Shown: positions 1-12,294 of the stretch, one piece after another | Layout of the letters: each line of letters begins with the position of its first letter | Position numbering within the stretch: position 1 is the first letter of the stretch | Assembly: GCA_008632985.1 (NCBI GenBank) | Contig: QPGO01000095.1 | Location: forward strand, 1 to 58,219 | Length of the DNA: 58,219 nucleotides | Direction of reading: 5' to 3' | From: Psammoneis japonica | Taxonomy: Eukaryota | Notes under the pieces: model-generated | Told to the model about the DNA's origin: nothing | Seen by the model: the letters and a program-made list of their open reading frames with translations, nothing else | The model's database searches: none | Position numbers and translations under genes: made by a program

Positions 1-1339
1 CACAAGAGCAAACCCACAAAAGTGAAGGCCCAACGAGACCAGACAATCTCGCTGTCCTGGAAGAAGAAGAAACCGTTTTCCCAGGGCCGTTGCTGTTACA
101 GGAAGGGGAACAACATCTGTTCTTCGCGAGTCCCGTTCTGACGTTGGAAGCATTTTTCATCTCAGCACGGCATCGAAAAAAGAGCTCACGACGAAGAACA
201 ACTAGTGATTGCTCAATTGGTTACGGATGAAACCATAAAGCATGAAGAAGATTTGGGTCGAAAAATACTACAACAGCGTATTGAAAAGCGCGCCTTGGAA
301 AGTCAAGTTCGGAAGAAAATCCTAAGGCATGCAGTGAAAGCAGAAGTGATTGCGGTAGACTCCGATACTACTGCTACTACAAGTCACCAAGATCCTTCGT
401 CCATTGCTGAAAACCTTCGTCCAACCAAGATTAAGGAGCAATTGTTTGGCGACGCTCGTTCTTGTAACGTGGATGTCGCGTCAACACCGCGAGTCATTCG
501 TACACGCAGCCCACTACCTTGGTCAGTCTACCGAAACGAGACTACCAAAATGTGGATTACTTCTAATCAAACAAGTCAGAGCGACAGGACTGACCAGAGC
601 TGTGTAAAATACAGCTTTGCGAGCAAGACACAAGCATCGCGGATTGGACGGCAAATGGCACCGCCCCTGCTGCATCCCTTCTCGGAGAATCCCAACTGCC
701 ATTTGCAAGTCGAAATTCGCTGTCTTTCGACGACCGCATAATTGCCGCAATTGTGGAGTGTGTGTTTGTTCCTATTGCTCGACATCATGGCCATCCAAAA
801 TGGTTCCAGAGACCTTCAATATGAACAACGAATCTTCCGTCACTGTTTGTTCGGCATGCGATTGGTTGTCGACGTCCTTTCAGTCAGCTCTCACCAAGGG
901 TCAGAAAGACAAGGCATGAGGCTGTACAAGACTGGCAACATAAACTTGAGCACACCGTTTGCCAATATCAAGGGCAATGAGGTTTTGTACCCGATTCACT
1001 GTGCTGTGCTCGGCGGCAATCTTGATTTGCTCAAGTGGTTGGTGGACGAGCACTTTTGCCCCCTTCAAGTCATGCCACGACAGGTCGAGGCAAGAATACA
1101 AAGGCAGGACCGATTTTGTCCTCCAAGGGTCGGTCAGCACTTTCCATCGCTCTCGAGAAAAAGCGAGTCGATTTTATTCGTATTTGGTTTCGACAAAGGG
1201 AATGTCTTTGTCCTCAGAAAAGAATTTGGACGTTGCAGCAGTATTGGTGAACTTCACCACAGTGCTTGATCTTTTGCCGGAGAAAATAGCCAATGCAACT
1301 GAAGAGGAATCGGATTGCGACAGCAAGGGATACATCTAG
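1..1339 (+). CDS. FYVE zinc-finger protein with ankyrin-like C-terminal region (5' partial, frameshifted)
   Basis: Joined frames give NPNCH..CKSKFAVFRRPHNCRNCGVCVCSYCS...VCSACDWL (FYVE R-R-x-H-x-C-R-x-C-G pattern), then YPIHCAVLGGNLDLLKWLVDEHFC (ankyrin-like). Pieces: ORFs 205-741, 617-919, 742-1269, 959-1339. Confidence 0.75.
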
Positions 1340-1724
1340 AATATAACATTTCGATCTGTTGAGAAAGCTGCAAGTCCTCGTACTTACATAGTTTACATAA
1401 CAATTTTGCATTTATACATAATTCAAATTTGCAGCTACATAAGCTTTGCAAAAGAGATAACCTAACTAGATTCTCCAGGCGTCTCAACATCTCTATCATT
1501 TAGCTAGTAGTCGAGTCAGTGAGGTAAAAGAGCATGGTAAGAGTGTGGTTTGGATCCAAACACCGCTGACGGACGACGAGCGAGCCGCCAATCGAGTTAG
1601 TCGTCCGGCGGTGACATCTTGTTGACATCTGAGTTCTCATCTTGAAACTCGAAATTTGATTCGAGAACGCCGCACGCGGTGATGGAAGGAACACAAACTT
1701 GACAACCAGAGAAAATAGTCAACC

Positions 1725-2335
1725 ATGATTCGTATCGCCATTCATCATCTCGCCAGTTCCAGCAGTGCGGCTCCCAAGATTGCATCGACGGTTCTTCGTC
1801 AAGCCACCATGGCGGTGACGGCACGTTATGCAGTCAGTAGTATATACACCTGCAGTAGGCAAGTTGCGAGGACCAACCTCATGGGAGCAAACGTGGTTCC
1901 GCAAAAGAAGTACTTTTCGACCGACCACACGTTTGATGAAAACTATTGGTCAGAAAAGTTATCGGACGTCAAAGTAGACAAGCAGCAAACCGACGACACG
2001 GAGCAATTTGTGAAGGATCACTCGTTTGATTTGAACGAACTAGAAGAAAAATCGCCAAAGTCAAGAAAGAGACGAAACCGCATCTCGAAGCTGTTGATGA
2101 AGTCATTGCTCCCACTGTCAATACGGTATCTGAAACAGGGACTTCGAACAAGGACGCACAAGATTCGGATTCGAATGCTTTCGTCAGCGATCACACCTTT
2201 GACCCTAACGAAGTCAAGGTGGTGCACCTCGAGAAGGGTGATGCCGCTGCCCTTGATAGGCAAGTTTCGGACGAAGAGACCTTTGTTCGAGACCATTCGT
2301 TTGATGTAAACGAGGGAGCAAAAAATGCCGCCTAA
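1725..2335 (+). CDS. Hypothetical protein, possible mitochondrial presequence, four DH(T/S)FD motifs (one frameshift near 2055)
   Basis: N-terminus is Arg/Ser/Ala-rich and acid-free up to KKYFS. Motifs FSTDHTFD and FVKDHSFD occur in frame 1, and FVSDHTFD and FVRDHSFD in the shifted frame ending TAA at 2333-2335. Confidence 0.55.
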
Positions 2336-2749
2336 TTTGTTCATGACAAGAACGACACGACGGCTACTAGATATTTGGAAATGCACAAAGACGCAAGAGA
2401 TTTTGCGATTCATTTATACGCTTTAGAGATTTTGATATGGCACATTGAGATTCTGCATGCATGGTTTGTGTGAGAAGGAGCAAGCGTATGCTTTGCAAAT
2501 ACAACGAACTTTTGGCGAAATGTAGCTTGTGATTTTTATAGCACGACACATGTGATGATTCGAGACAGTGCTGTAGCTAACGACACATATTATGAACATT
2601 AGAGAGAACATGAAGCAAATCTAGTTTTTCGTTCGCCAATCCTGATGCATTAGGCTCGAGAGGGAGTTCAAACTATTTCTTGTGCTGTCTCTAGAGAACG
2701 AGTGCAAGAAGTGATTGGGTCTATTTCATTGGTGCGACGGGCCACCACA

Positions 2750-4300
2750 TGTCTTGTCATGGAGACGCGTCATTAGATTCTTTTTGAATGCTGCATTCGC
2801 AAAAATGGAGCCAACACCATTTGCAATGAACCGGAACTCTACCCAATGGCGAAAGCTGCCACCCAATTCACTTCTTTCAACACCTCGCATACAACATCCC
2901 CAGCAGGTGACATTGACACGCTCTCCACCAAAACTGAGACGAAGCACTGTTCTCTTCAAGCACATCGGGCAGCCCCCACTTCGGTGGCAAGCAATGGTCA
3001 TTGTGCTCGTGCACATGACCTCCATCCTTTTTTGGCATGTGTGACTGGCACACACACAACCTTGAAGTTTGACAAAGCAATTCAGCAGAAACCTTGAGGA
3101 TGACAACAGAGTCAGGTTGGATCTTGTCACCTCCAATGGCATCATGGCCTCAAGCTTCCTTCCTCATTTGTGTTGTTGGCTGTGCAAGCAAACCAAAAGA
3201 TTGTCCAGGAGTTGTTCCAATCCATTGTGACCAAAACAACACAGTTGTTTTTGGACCCCCACTTGCTTCCTTTGGCTCTCAGTTGCTTCATTGGGGGTGC
3301 TCTCCTTTGCCACATCAGCAGCTGGGTTTGGCCTGACATCACCCTCCACATTTGAGAAGAACTTGATTAGATTCTTGATTGTTTCTGGCTTCTCATTGGG
3401 AGCATCAATGACAAAGAACTTCCTGGTCATTGTCATCAGAGCACGAACATCACAAACCTTTTGCGTCTTTACAGCCTGCTCTCAAGCTGCTCAAGCCATG
3501 AACCACCTCGTCTGTTGCAGCCATGCCAGAAGAGCAGGAGGGCATCTCCAAAGCCATGCAGTTCAGGGCCAACTTTGGATCGCCAGTTGGCAATCAGCCT
3601 TTGCGGCCATCACAAGGAAGACACCACACAGTCGCTTGTCCTGTGTGTGTCAGCAAGGGGAGAAATGGGGGGCATTCCCAATCCAAGAAAATGCAGTGAA
3701 CCAAAGTGAAAAATGTTGGGCAAGATCAGACAAGAAAGACAAAATGAGGTTCAAACCACCACACTGAATCGCACCCAAGCTGCTGCTGCTGCCTGCAAAC
3801 ACGCCGCCAAACTGGCACCCTTCCTTTGCTGAAAATGCTGTCTCATGGCAGTTGGTGGTCCAGAAGAGCTTTTGCAACAAGAGGTTTCTGACCCACCATT
3901 TCACTTGGAATGGGGTTTTCAGGCTCGCGATGCTTGTCTTTGTTTGGAGATCTGCACCCCCAAGCCGATGCTGCTCTTCAAACAGCTTTTGGTGCCACGC
4001 TGCTGCCCTGATCCCTTTTCTCAAATCAGCCACACATCAGCGCCATCTTGCACTTCCACTTTGTCCTCCAATGCACCACCAAGCTTTTGCCAAACAACAA
4101 TTAATTGCCATGGTGTTGGGGCTCTTGAAAAGATGGGGCAGCGTGATGTGTGAGTGCGCAGCGGACTTCGCGCGGCGCGCGCAAGGATTTGTGTCATATA
4201 GCACATCAACCCAGTTCAGAACACCTTGTCGCACATCTTTGCACTCCATCGATTGAATCATCATCAGAATCCTTTTGCTCTTTTTTTTTTGTTTCCATCT
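2750..4300. mobile_element. Degenerate repeat/TE-like block, TpA- and CpG-depleted
   Basis: Few TA or CG, excess CA/TG, only broken ORFs. Segment 3851-3956 is homologous to 7881-7985. Boundaries approximate. Confidence 0.55.
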
Positions 4301-4368
4301 GTCATTTTGAATTCTGATGGGCGCCCGAACTTCTTTTGGCTGTTATTTTTGCAATCACTTAAGAGACC

Positions 4369-5298
4369 ATGACTGAGAACATGTTAAGCCGCTTAATCTG
4401 GGTGTTGATTGGAGTGGCGGTCTTGGCGTGCACTCGCATCAGCCCCAAAGTGCATCTTGTTGACGTTTCCGTCCAAACTCTGGCAAACGAATTAATCGCC
4501 GTGAGCCTCTTGTGCGCGTTTCCCTTTATCGCTTATTCTCTCTTGGGCAAAAAATCATGGACCGGCATGAGTCTTTCGACAGATGAAAAGCAGTTGATTG
4601 AGGGACCCCCGGGGCACGTTGTTGGTGCTTATTTATGGCTCCTTCTTTCGGCATTGCAACTCTTGACGTTCAAAAAATACCCGGTTTGGCACAAGCGAGT
4701 AGGAAAGATCGTGTTACTGGGAGTGCTTCCAGCATGTCTTTTGGAGATTTCGACCAACGCTGTTCGAGTTTTCGTCCCCAGTAAACCCAAGTACTTGGCT
4801 CATGTAGTTTTACAAAAGAAAGATATTTCCTTGACAGAAATTGCCGCTTTTGTTCAAGTCTTTTCGGTTCCGCTGCTGTTGCCAGTAGGCGTCGCTCTAC
4901 ACGCTTACTTTGCGGCACGGAGCATTTGGAACAAGACAGATGAAAATAGGATTCGTCTTCATGCACATCATCTCATGTGCGCTGTGGCGTGGATGCTCGG
5001 ACCTGGGCAGTTTCGGTTCATTACCAAGGCCTTGTTTACGCTTGAATGGGGCGGCTGCCGCGAACACACAGGAAATCCTCTGGACGCCATTGTGGTGCAA
5101 ACGATTTCCTTTCTTCTAGCGGAAACCATCATTTTGTTTTTTAAGAACCGAATATACATGACGCTGCCACCTGCATTGAAAGAGAATGCGGTAGTGGAGG
5201 GGATGCGAAAGTTTTGGATCTGGGTCTGCATGCACCAGATCATAGCATGCGCAATTTTGGGTGTTGACATTGTTCCAAATTGTCAAACGGAACAATGA
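4369..5298 (+). CDS. Multi-pass membrane protein, DUF2306-like
   Basis: Intact 309-aa ORF with several hydrophobic helices. GHVVGAYLWLLLSALQ...WHKRVGK and a later ARSI...RLHAHHLM resemble the His-containing motifs of DUF2306 proteins (recalled pattern). Confidence 0.65.
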   Translation: MTENMLSRLIWVLIGVAVLACTRISPKVHLVDVSVQTLANELIAVSLLCAFPFIAYSLLGKKSWTGMSLSTDEKQLIEGPPGHVVGAYLWLLLSALQLLTFKKYPVWHKRVGKIVLLGVLPACLLEISTNAVRVFVPSKPKYLAHVVLQKKDISLTEIAAFVQVFSVPLLLPVGVALHAYFAARSIWNKTDENRIRLHAHHLMCAVAWMLGPGQFRFITKALFTLEWGGCREHTGNPLDAIVVQTISFLLAETIILFFKNRIYMTLPPALKENAVVEGMRKFWIWVCMHQIIACAILGVDIVPNCQTEQ

Positions 5299-5649
5299 AC
5301 AAACTCACTTTTGTCGGAAGGGCTACAAACTGCAGTAGCCATATCTCGCATTACTCGCAATCGAGTCAATTTGCCCTACTTGTATCCATATTTTAGGTTT
5401 TGTGGGTGTTCCTTCATTCGAAGCTCCCCCCAGTGTTCCACATTCATAGAATGTTTCTCTTTTTATAAAAACGAGTGAAAAAATATCTTATTTGCCCTTC
5501 TTAAACTACGCATATCTCTGCGTTCCGTGTGAAAGAAAGTCTAGATCAGAGATTGTTTCTACTAGCGCAAGGATCTGATCAACGAAGATCCAGTCCTGCC
5601 ATTGGCAGACACGGTTGAGGAGGGATTAACCTTAGTCCCTAGTTTCACA

Positions 5650-8250
5650 GCAGCTCACCATTTGCATGGAGGCATGGATAGAGGCCTGGCTACATCGATT
5701 GCTTGAAGCCACAAAAGGCAGTCAGTAAGAGAGATAACTGCAAATGCGCATCCATTAATTCCTGCAACTTTCTCCATTGCTTTGCAGACCAGTGAACAAC
5801 TGACACCCCAAAGAAGTCATCCAGTTTGGTGTCACTCACTGAATGCCACAATCCCACACCACTTTTTCCCTGCATCACCTTCCCACAGATGAGAAAACTC
5901 TTTCTAAAGATTCAATCAAATGCAAACACTGCTGGGATGGTGTTCCCCTCCTTCAGCTGGCACCCACACAACAACCTGCTTCCATCCACACCCCAAAAGG
6001 CAATGATGATGTTGCATGCCTCAAGCCAGGCATGCCCAGGACACAGCAGATGGACAAAGCACACATCCCAACTGGTGCCCAGCCTCAGAGAGGGACACAA
6101 TGCCTTCAACAAAGTCAACAGGATTTGCATCTTTGAAGAAGTCAACATCATAAAAGTTGCCCTCACTCACACTCAGTGGGAAAAGCAACCACCCCTTTGA
6201 GGCATGTTCATCCAGCCTCTGCCCATGCTCAATTTTTCTGCAAATGCAGAACCCACCACCACACACAATTCATCCAGCATTTCATGCTGTCTGTTGCCTT
6301 TGTGTGCAAGCTTTCTTGATCAGCAGTTCTGTGTTGTTGCCCTTGACTCTAACTTTGCTCTGCGTGTGGTGCTCTCCAGGTCCAGAGCCAACTCAGCCTC
6401 TTTTGCATGACAAACACTCGTGCTGTTGTCCTCCAGAGACACAGCAGCTCCTTTCCACAAGGCCAAAGAACCAGAAATTGCACTTCATGTGGCATCTTGC
6501 AAGTTTTTCATGCTGCAGAACATGCCGTGCCTTTCAGAGCTGCACCTTGAGGACCCTGATCCACAGGATCCTGAAGAAACAGGACCCCAAGGCCCAAGGT
6601 CACAAGTTGTGGCAGAAAACATCTTTGCATCTAAAAGCAGCTTTGCTTGCAAGAAAAGAGTGATGCTTCAATGGCAGCTGGGTTGCAGACTGAGGAAAAT
6701 GACAACTGCCATGAGGCCTGCTTTGGTCTCATTCCTCCCTCTGCTCTAAACCCGACGAGCCTCAGGGAATGCAGGAGCTTTGGATTCTACCTCCAAGCAC
6801 ACAGCACCACAACAAATGGAGCAAAATCATCCAGTCCAATCAAAACTGCTTGATCTGCTTTGGCAACCAATGTCACTGGTTCTGGCACAGTTGGCTCTCT
6901 GCTGGAAGTTGTGATGGCACTCCTTCTGCCTCTCTTCTGGACGGCAATGGAAAAGTCATGAGGTGCAGCGGCAATTTCAACTTCTTGACTGTGGACAAAA
7001 GCACTTTGCAGGACCTCAACGCAAGCTGCAGGCCAGTGAAAAAAAACGCTTGAAGACCTTGTCTCTTCCATTGCAAAAGAAACATTCGAATCTGTTGGAA
7101 ACACATTTTTCTTTCTTAAAATGGGCGCGTTTCTCTGTGTGCCACATGAAAGAGAAAGTTTCCTGGAGAAGAGATTGTCTCTGGCACAAGGATTTAACCA
7201 AGGAAGCAAGATCCACTGATCAGTCCCTGGTTTCACACAGTGGCTTCTTGTCAGTGCTCCAGCGGAGGATTGGGGAGAGGCCCAGCCAAAATGCTTGCTT
7301 GACATCACAAAACACATGGGAGCAAGCGAGGCACCTCTGCAAGCATGCACCCACTCATTCCTGCAGCTTCAAATGGCAGATGCCCCAAAGAAGGTGTTCG
7401 TCACACCAAGTTCCAGAATCTCGCACTGCTTCTTCCCCATGTCACCTTCCCTCAGATGAAAAAACTTTTTCAAAGACTTGGTCAAATGCAAACGCTGCTG
7501 GGGTGGTGCTGCCCACCTTCAGCTGGTGCCTGTGCAACAGCCTGCTTCTGTCTGCACCCCAAAAGGCAGCAATGAAGCCTGGACAGACAAAGTGCACGTC
7601 CAGGCCAACACCCTGCTTTGGAGAGGGACACCTTCAATGAAGAAAACATGCTTGTTGTTTCCCAGCCAATCTTCAACTCACTCTTCCCTGACAATTTTGG
7701 CTCTGAAGAAATTGAAAAACTCTCTGTTTTCATTGTTGGAGGGCCCAGCGGGTCTTTGGAAGCTGCAAGTGCAATCTTGACATGACAAAGCCACGCCAGA
7801 GGGCTCTGCTCTGTGTGGTTGCTGCTGCCGAGAAAGCTCTGGCCCCCTCCTCTTCCGCCCTGCTCTGCTGCTGTGTGGCTGTTGGTGGTCCAGAAGAGCT
7901 TTCACAATGAGAGATTTTGGAGCCATTGCATTGCTGTGAATGGGGTTGCAAGGCTCAAGATGTTTGTTTTTCTTCAGATCTGCATTGACAGCCACCCAAG
8001 ACCCGGAGCTCCAAAGGGCCAGAGCTCTTCAACAACTCTTTGATGCGATTGCTTGTTTCTCTTTGATCTTAACCCTTCGATTTGCCACAGTGCGCATGTT
8101 AGGGCCATTTTCCAAGGATGCACAATCCACCGATGATGCGAGGTCAAGCTTGTGCGAGAAACGACCATTGCCATGGTGTTGGGCAAATGGCAAACAACAT
8201 TGCCACACCCGGAGCTCGAAATAGCTCGCATGGTCGATTTTGAGCTTTAT
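5650..8250. mobile_element. Degenerate repeat/TE-like block with internal duplication, TpA- and CpG-depleted
   Basis: Nearly devoid of TA and CG. About 5862-6115 is homologous to about 7430-7642 (both translate as ...HLP(T/S)DEKT(L/F)SK...KCK(H/R)CW...QQPAS.(H/C)TPKG). Boundaries approximate. Confidence 0.6.
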
Positions 8251-8354
8251 CGTCAGCCTGCCTGTGCGACCATGATTGAACAGTCTGAAGTCATTGCTTG
8301 ACACATGTGCTCAGCCAAGCATCTCTCATCAACACAGTAATAAGGTTAGCAGCA

Positions 8355-10133
8355 ATGTCATCGTTACGCCAAAGAAAGACGAGCCCCGATGGTAATGAGG
8401 CCAGGGCCAGCATCATGTCTAATTCATCTGTCGCGAATCAAGAAAATCGTTTTCTGGTTTTGTTTCGTTGCAATAATTTGGTTTTGATAATTGCCTACAG
8501 AATGCTTTTCTGTGTTGGCATTATTGCTGTCGTGTCTGTCATGGATTTTTATTTGGAAAACAAAAAACATACTCTGCCCATAACAAGTGATTATTTCGAC
8601 AATAACAAGCTCATCACCAACAACAACGTGTCTGTCATTCCACTCCCCGTAAGGGTGACGGGCGGAACAACAGAGACAAAACATACTTTACAATTACGAG
8701 CCGCACAACGATTGTAACGTCGTCGCAAGGAAGAAACGAGGTTGTCAAGTACCTAGTACATGACTTGCTTGCTCCAGCTACTGGATTTGAATTGGCTGTA
8801 AAATCGGCAAAGGAAAAGCCAGATGATAATTTTATTTCGTTTCACATTTTATCGTCCTATAATCCCCAACTCGGCAAGGAAGGATATCTGTTGGAAATCA
8901 AGGAGAAATTCATTGCCATGTCTGCCAACACTCCTGCGGGTCTCTTTTATGCCGTGCAAACACTGCGACAATTGCTTCCACCAAGTATTGAAGCACGCGA
9001 CAAAAAACAACAACTACGGGAAAATTTCTCTTTTCGTTCCGAGTACCCACCATGACGATTCAAGATTATCCCGCTACAAGTATCGCGGAGCCATGTTGGA
9101 TGTGTCTCGACACTTTTTCAAGTCCACGACGTGAAACGATTTATTGATTTTCTCGCCATGGTGAAAATGAATCATTTTCACATTCACTTGACGGACGATC
9201 AAGGTTGGCGTATTGAAATTCAAAAATGGCCCAACCTGACCACCACTGGAGGTAGCACACAAGTGGGCGGTGGACCAGGGGGTACTACACGCAAGAGGAT
9301 ATCGGGAAATTGTCCAATATGCTGCTGACCGCTATATTACGACAGTACCCGAGATTGACATGCCGGGACACACCAATGCCGCTCTGGCTTCGTATCCTGA
9401 ACTCAACTGCAATCCCAAGGATGCTCCCGAGCTCTATACTGGCACAAAGGTGGGTTTTAGTTCTCTTTGTATCGCCAAGAGCATTACCTACACATTTGTC
9501 AATGATGTCATTGGTGAAGTAGCCGCCATGACACCCGGTCCGTATCTACACATTGGAGGCGATGAGGCGCATTCCACAAAAAAGGCGGACTATATCCAGT
9601 TTGTCAAGCGAGTACAAACCATGGTCAAGAAGCACGGCAAAACAATGATTGGTTGGGACGAAGTGGCTCTTGCCATTGATGATTCCAATGCGGTAGTACA
9701 ATTTTGGAATCATCAAGATTTATCCCAACAAGCCGCCAAGAAGCAAAATATCAAGGTCATCGTCTCACCTGCCAACAAGGCTTATCTTGACATGAAATAC
9801 GACAAGAAGACTCGAATTGGATTGCACTGGTCGGGATATATTGATGTGGACGTGGGATACAAATGGAAACTAGAAAAATTGCTTCCGCAAGAAAAGAAGG
9901 ATAGCATTCTCGGTATCGAAGCCCCGCTTTGGACAGAAACGGTAGTCAACATGAGTGACATTGAGTTCCTCACCTTTCCTCGACTCTTGGGGTACGCGGA
10001 AATTGGATGGTCGCCAGCGGAATTGCAAAAGTGGGATACCTACAAAGTGAGACTTGGGCAGTTTGGAAAACGGATGAAAGTGATGGGCATCAATTTCTAT
10101 CCATCCAAAAAGGTTCCTTGGGTTGATGAGTGA
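8355..10133 (+). CDS. Beta-N-acetylhexosaminidase, glycoside hydrolase family 20 (frameshifted), N-terminal membrane anchor
   Basis: GH20 motifs YKYRGAMLDVSRHF, MNHFHIHLTDDQGWRIEI, PEIDMPGH, catalytic HIGGDEA, YLD and GIEAPLWTE. Hydrophobic segment near the N-terminus. Pieces in ORFs 8298, 8765, 8823, 9131 and 9270. Confidence 0.92.
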
Positions 10134-10543
10134 AATTCCTTGGTATCCTTGTACGAAACTTATGGGCGACTGCTTCAGATTTTGGGTCTGTCTTGAGCTT
10201 TGGCAGGCGCAGAACAGCAAGAGAGAATAGCGTTGTCTTGCTCATCCGCTTGCTTGCGTTTAGTTGCATTTTGCGAGTGTTGAATGGAGAGTGTGTTTCA
10301 AAGCATATTTTGTGCGATTGGTCAAGCCGAAAGCTAGCTGGATACAAGATACATTATAAGCATTACCAACTATACTTTTGCTAATAACTTAGAGACTCTA
10401 GAGAGGTGGAAGACCGAGATCCTATCCATTGTTTCTAAACCTTTGAATACAAAAACAACGCAAAAGACTACTTTGGTGACTTAAATTCTCCTCATTATGC
10501 CACGACGAGTGTCGCGAATGAAGCTCCCAGTCTTAATGGGCGC

Positions 10544-12294
10544 CTAACATGCTTTGTTGCAGACCGCTGGGCAGCCAATCGCAGCCTTCATTCGCTTGTT
10601 ATTCTTTCCGTTATACCCATTTCTACGGCATCTTTTGTTTCGCTTCTTCGCCACCCAACTGCACTTTAACTTTTTCCCTTTACGGTTGAGAAAATACCAA
10701 TTTGGGTTGTTTGTGCAGTCAAGACTAGGGGTCTTGGACGGAGAAAGGGACGGGAGCGGAGTAGGCACATCGCTTGGAGCTGTAGTGGGTTCCCTTGTTG
10801 GGAATGGAGTGGGTAATAGACGCGGAGATCCGACGCGATTAGCCAAGACGTTGAGCGTGAAGACACCAGTCGACTTTGGGTCCAACCAATCCGAAAGTCT
10901 CGTGCCTGGGGATCCACCGCCTTGCCAGGACTTTGAGAACTTTCCATACCAGTCAGACTTATCATTGCCACAAGCAGCACTCCCACCCAAAAGCTGCCCG
11001 ATAACTTTGTGGTCTTGATTGAAAAGTGGCGAACCCGACGAGCCCTAGAAAAGAGAGAGCAATTATTAGCAAACGCAATGCGAGAACACTAAATACCATG
11101 CACTGCACAACTTACCGGCTCTGTAGTTCCCAAATCCCAGTCGATCACACGGATATAACTTCCATTTGGGTCTTGCGAATAACGAAAGCGTCCCGTGGTT
11201 ATCGTCTTGTCGTCCTCAAAGCTAATGCGCTTCTCACATCCACGAGGATGATGAATGCCTACGGCAGACTTTGCGTCTTTTCCCGTCCTATCCCATCCCG
11301 CGTACGTTACCCCAAACGAGGGATCCGGACTCGAGTTGAGTTCAAGGAGAGTAAAGTCCGTGTCTTTGTAAGTTGCTCTCAATACGGCACCACCGGTTGT
11401 GAAATCATCAAACGACCCGTCTGGAGTACCGCCACATTTAGTCGTTTCAAAGTTCCAATAAAAGGTCATTGTCTTGGCGGCTTGTTTATCCGAGAGGCAG
11501 TGATGAGCCGTAAGGTAAAAGTTTCTCCTGTTCTGCAAGACATTGTTTATCATGGTGCCACTGCAATAGAGGGAGCCGCGATTGGGTGTCGGAGTAAAGC
11601 TAAACGCCCCTACCGCCCTAACCTCTTGCTGCCAGTCATCTCCGTTGGGGCATGCAACGTCAACATTACACGAACCCGATCCAAGCTCTCGGGCCTCTTG
11701 AAGGTTTCTCTCTTGCGAGGGGATGGAACGGAAACCACTATTAATTGCGCCAATCTTCAACTTTAGATGCTTCTTCTTTACAGACGGTGGGAGATTGACT
11801 TCCAAAACAACATCGTTTTTTGGAAACATGGGTAACCAGAGCTGCCTTGTAGGATTGTTGTGGGCACTTGAAAATGGAGGCAGCCACAAACTCCCATCGC
11901 TAGCGTACACAAAGAGCTGTCCACCATGCGGCATTTGGTACTTGGAGAAACCAACAATGATTCCCGTAGCACCCGGAGCTTCAACGCGTAGACGCCACAC
12001 CTTGGTTCCGTCGTCAAGTTCTTTCCAGTTTCCATTGGTATCTGGTGTAATGGACACATCATTCGGGAGAGCAATCTTGTATGGTTCTAGAACGGATTTG
12101 GGCTCCTGTAGATCGGCTTTTGTTAGCACCACTTGAGGCAAGGAGAAAAGTTCCACGTCAGTGTTTTCAGATAAAGTCTCACTTGCTGGACTAATGGGAG
12201 GCGGAAGAGCAACCACAAACGGTGGCAAAAGTACTGCTAGAACAGCGACTGCCCGAATGAGCGTAACCTGGGGCCCCTGATAATGACGCGACAT
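10544..12294 (-). CDS. Secreted trypsin-like serine protease of the lysyl endopeptidase (Achromobacter protease I-like) type; exons 12294-11116 and 11044-10544
   Basis: Signal peptide, propeptide, SGSCNVDVACP mature start, and catalytic triad TAHHC, DTDFTLLEL, GTTEP|GSSGSPLF across a 71-bp GTAAG...CTAG intron (11045-11115). C-terminal Pro/Thr linker and Cys-rich basic domain. Confidence 0.88.

Noticed and set aside
2750..8250. Many 60-225 aa ORFs in the TpA-poor blocks (also 37100-38750 and 45100-47200) as real genes
   Set aside because: Loss of TAA/TAG inflates ORF length in all six frames; no motifs, and the composition is Cys/His-skewed.
11026..11766. 246-aa plus-strand ORF
   Set aside because: Antisense to the protease exon, which carries the recognisable motifs.
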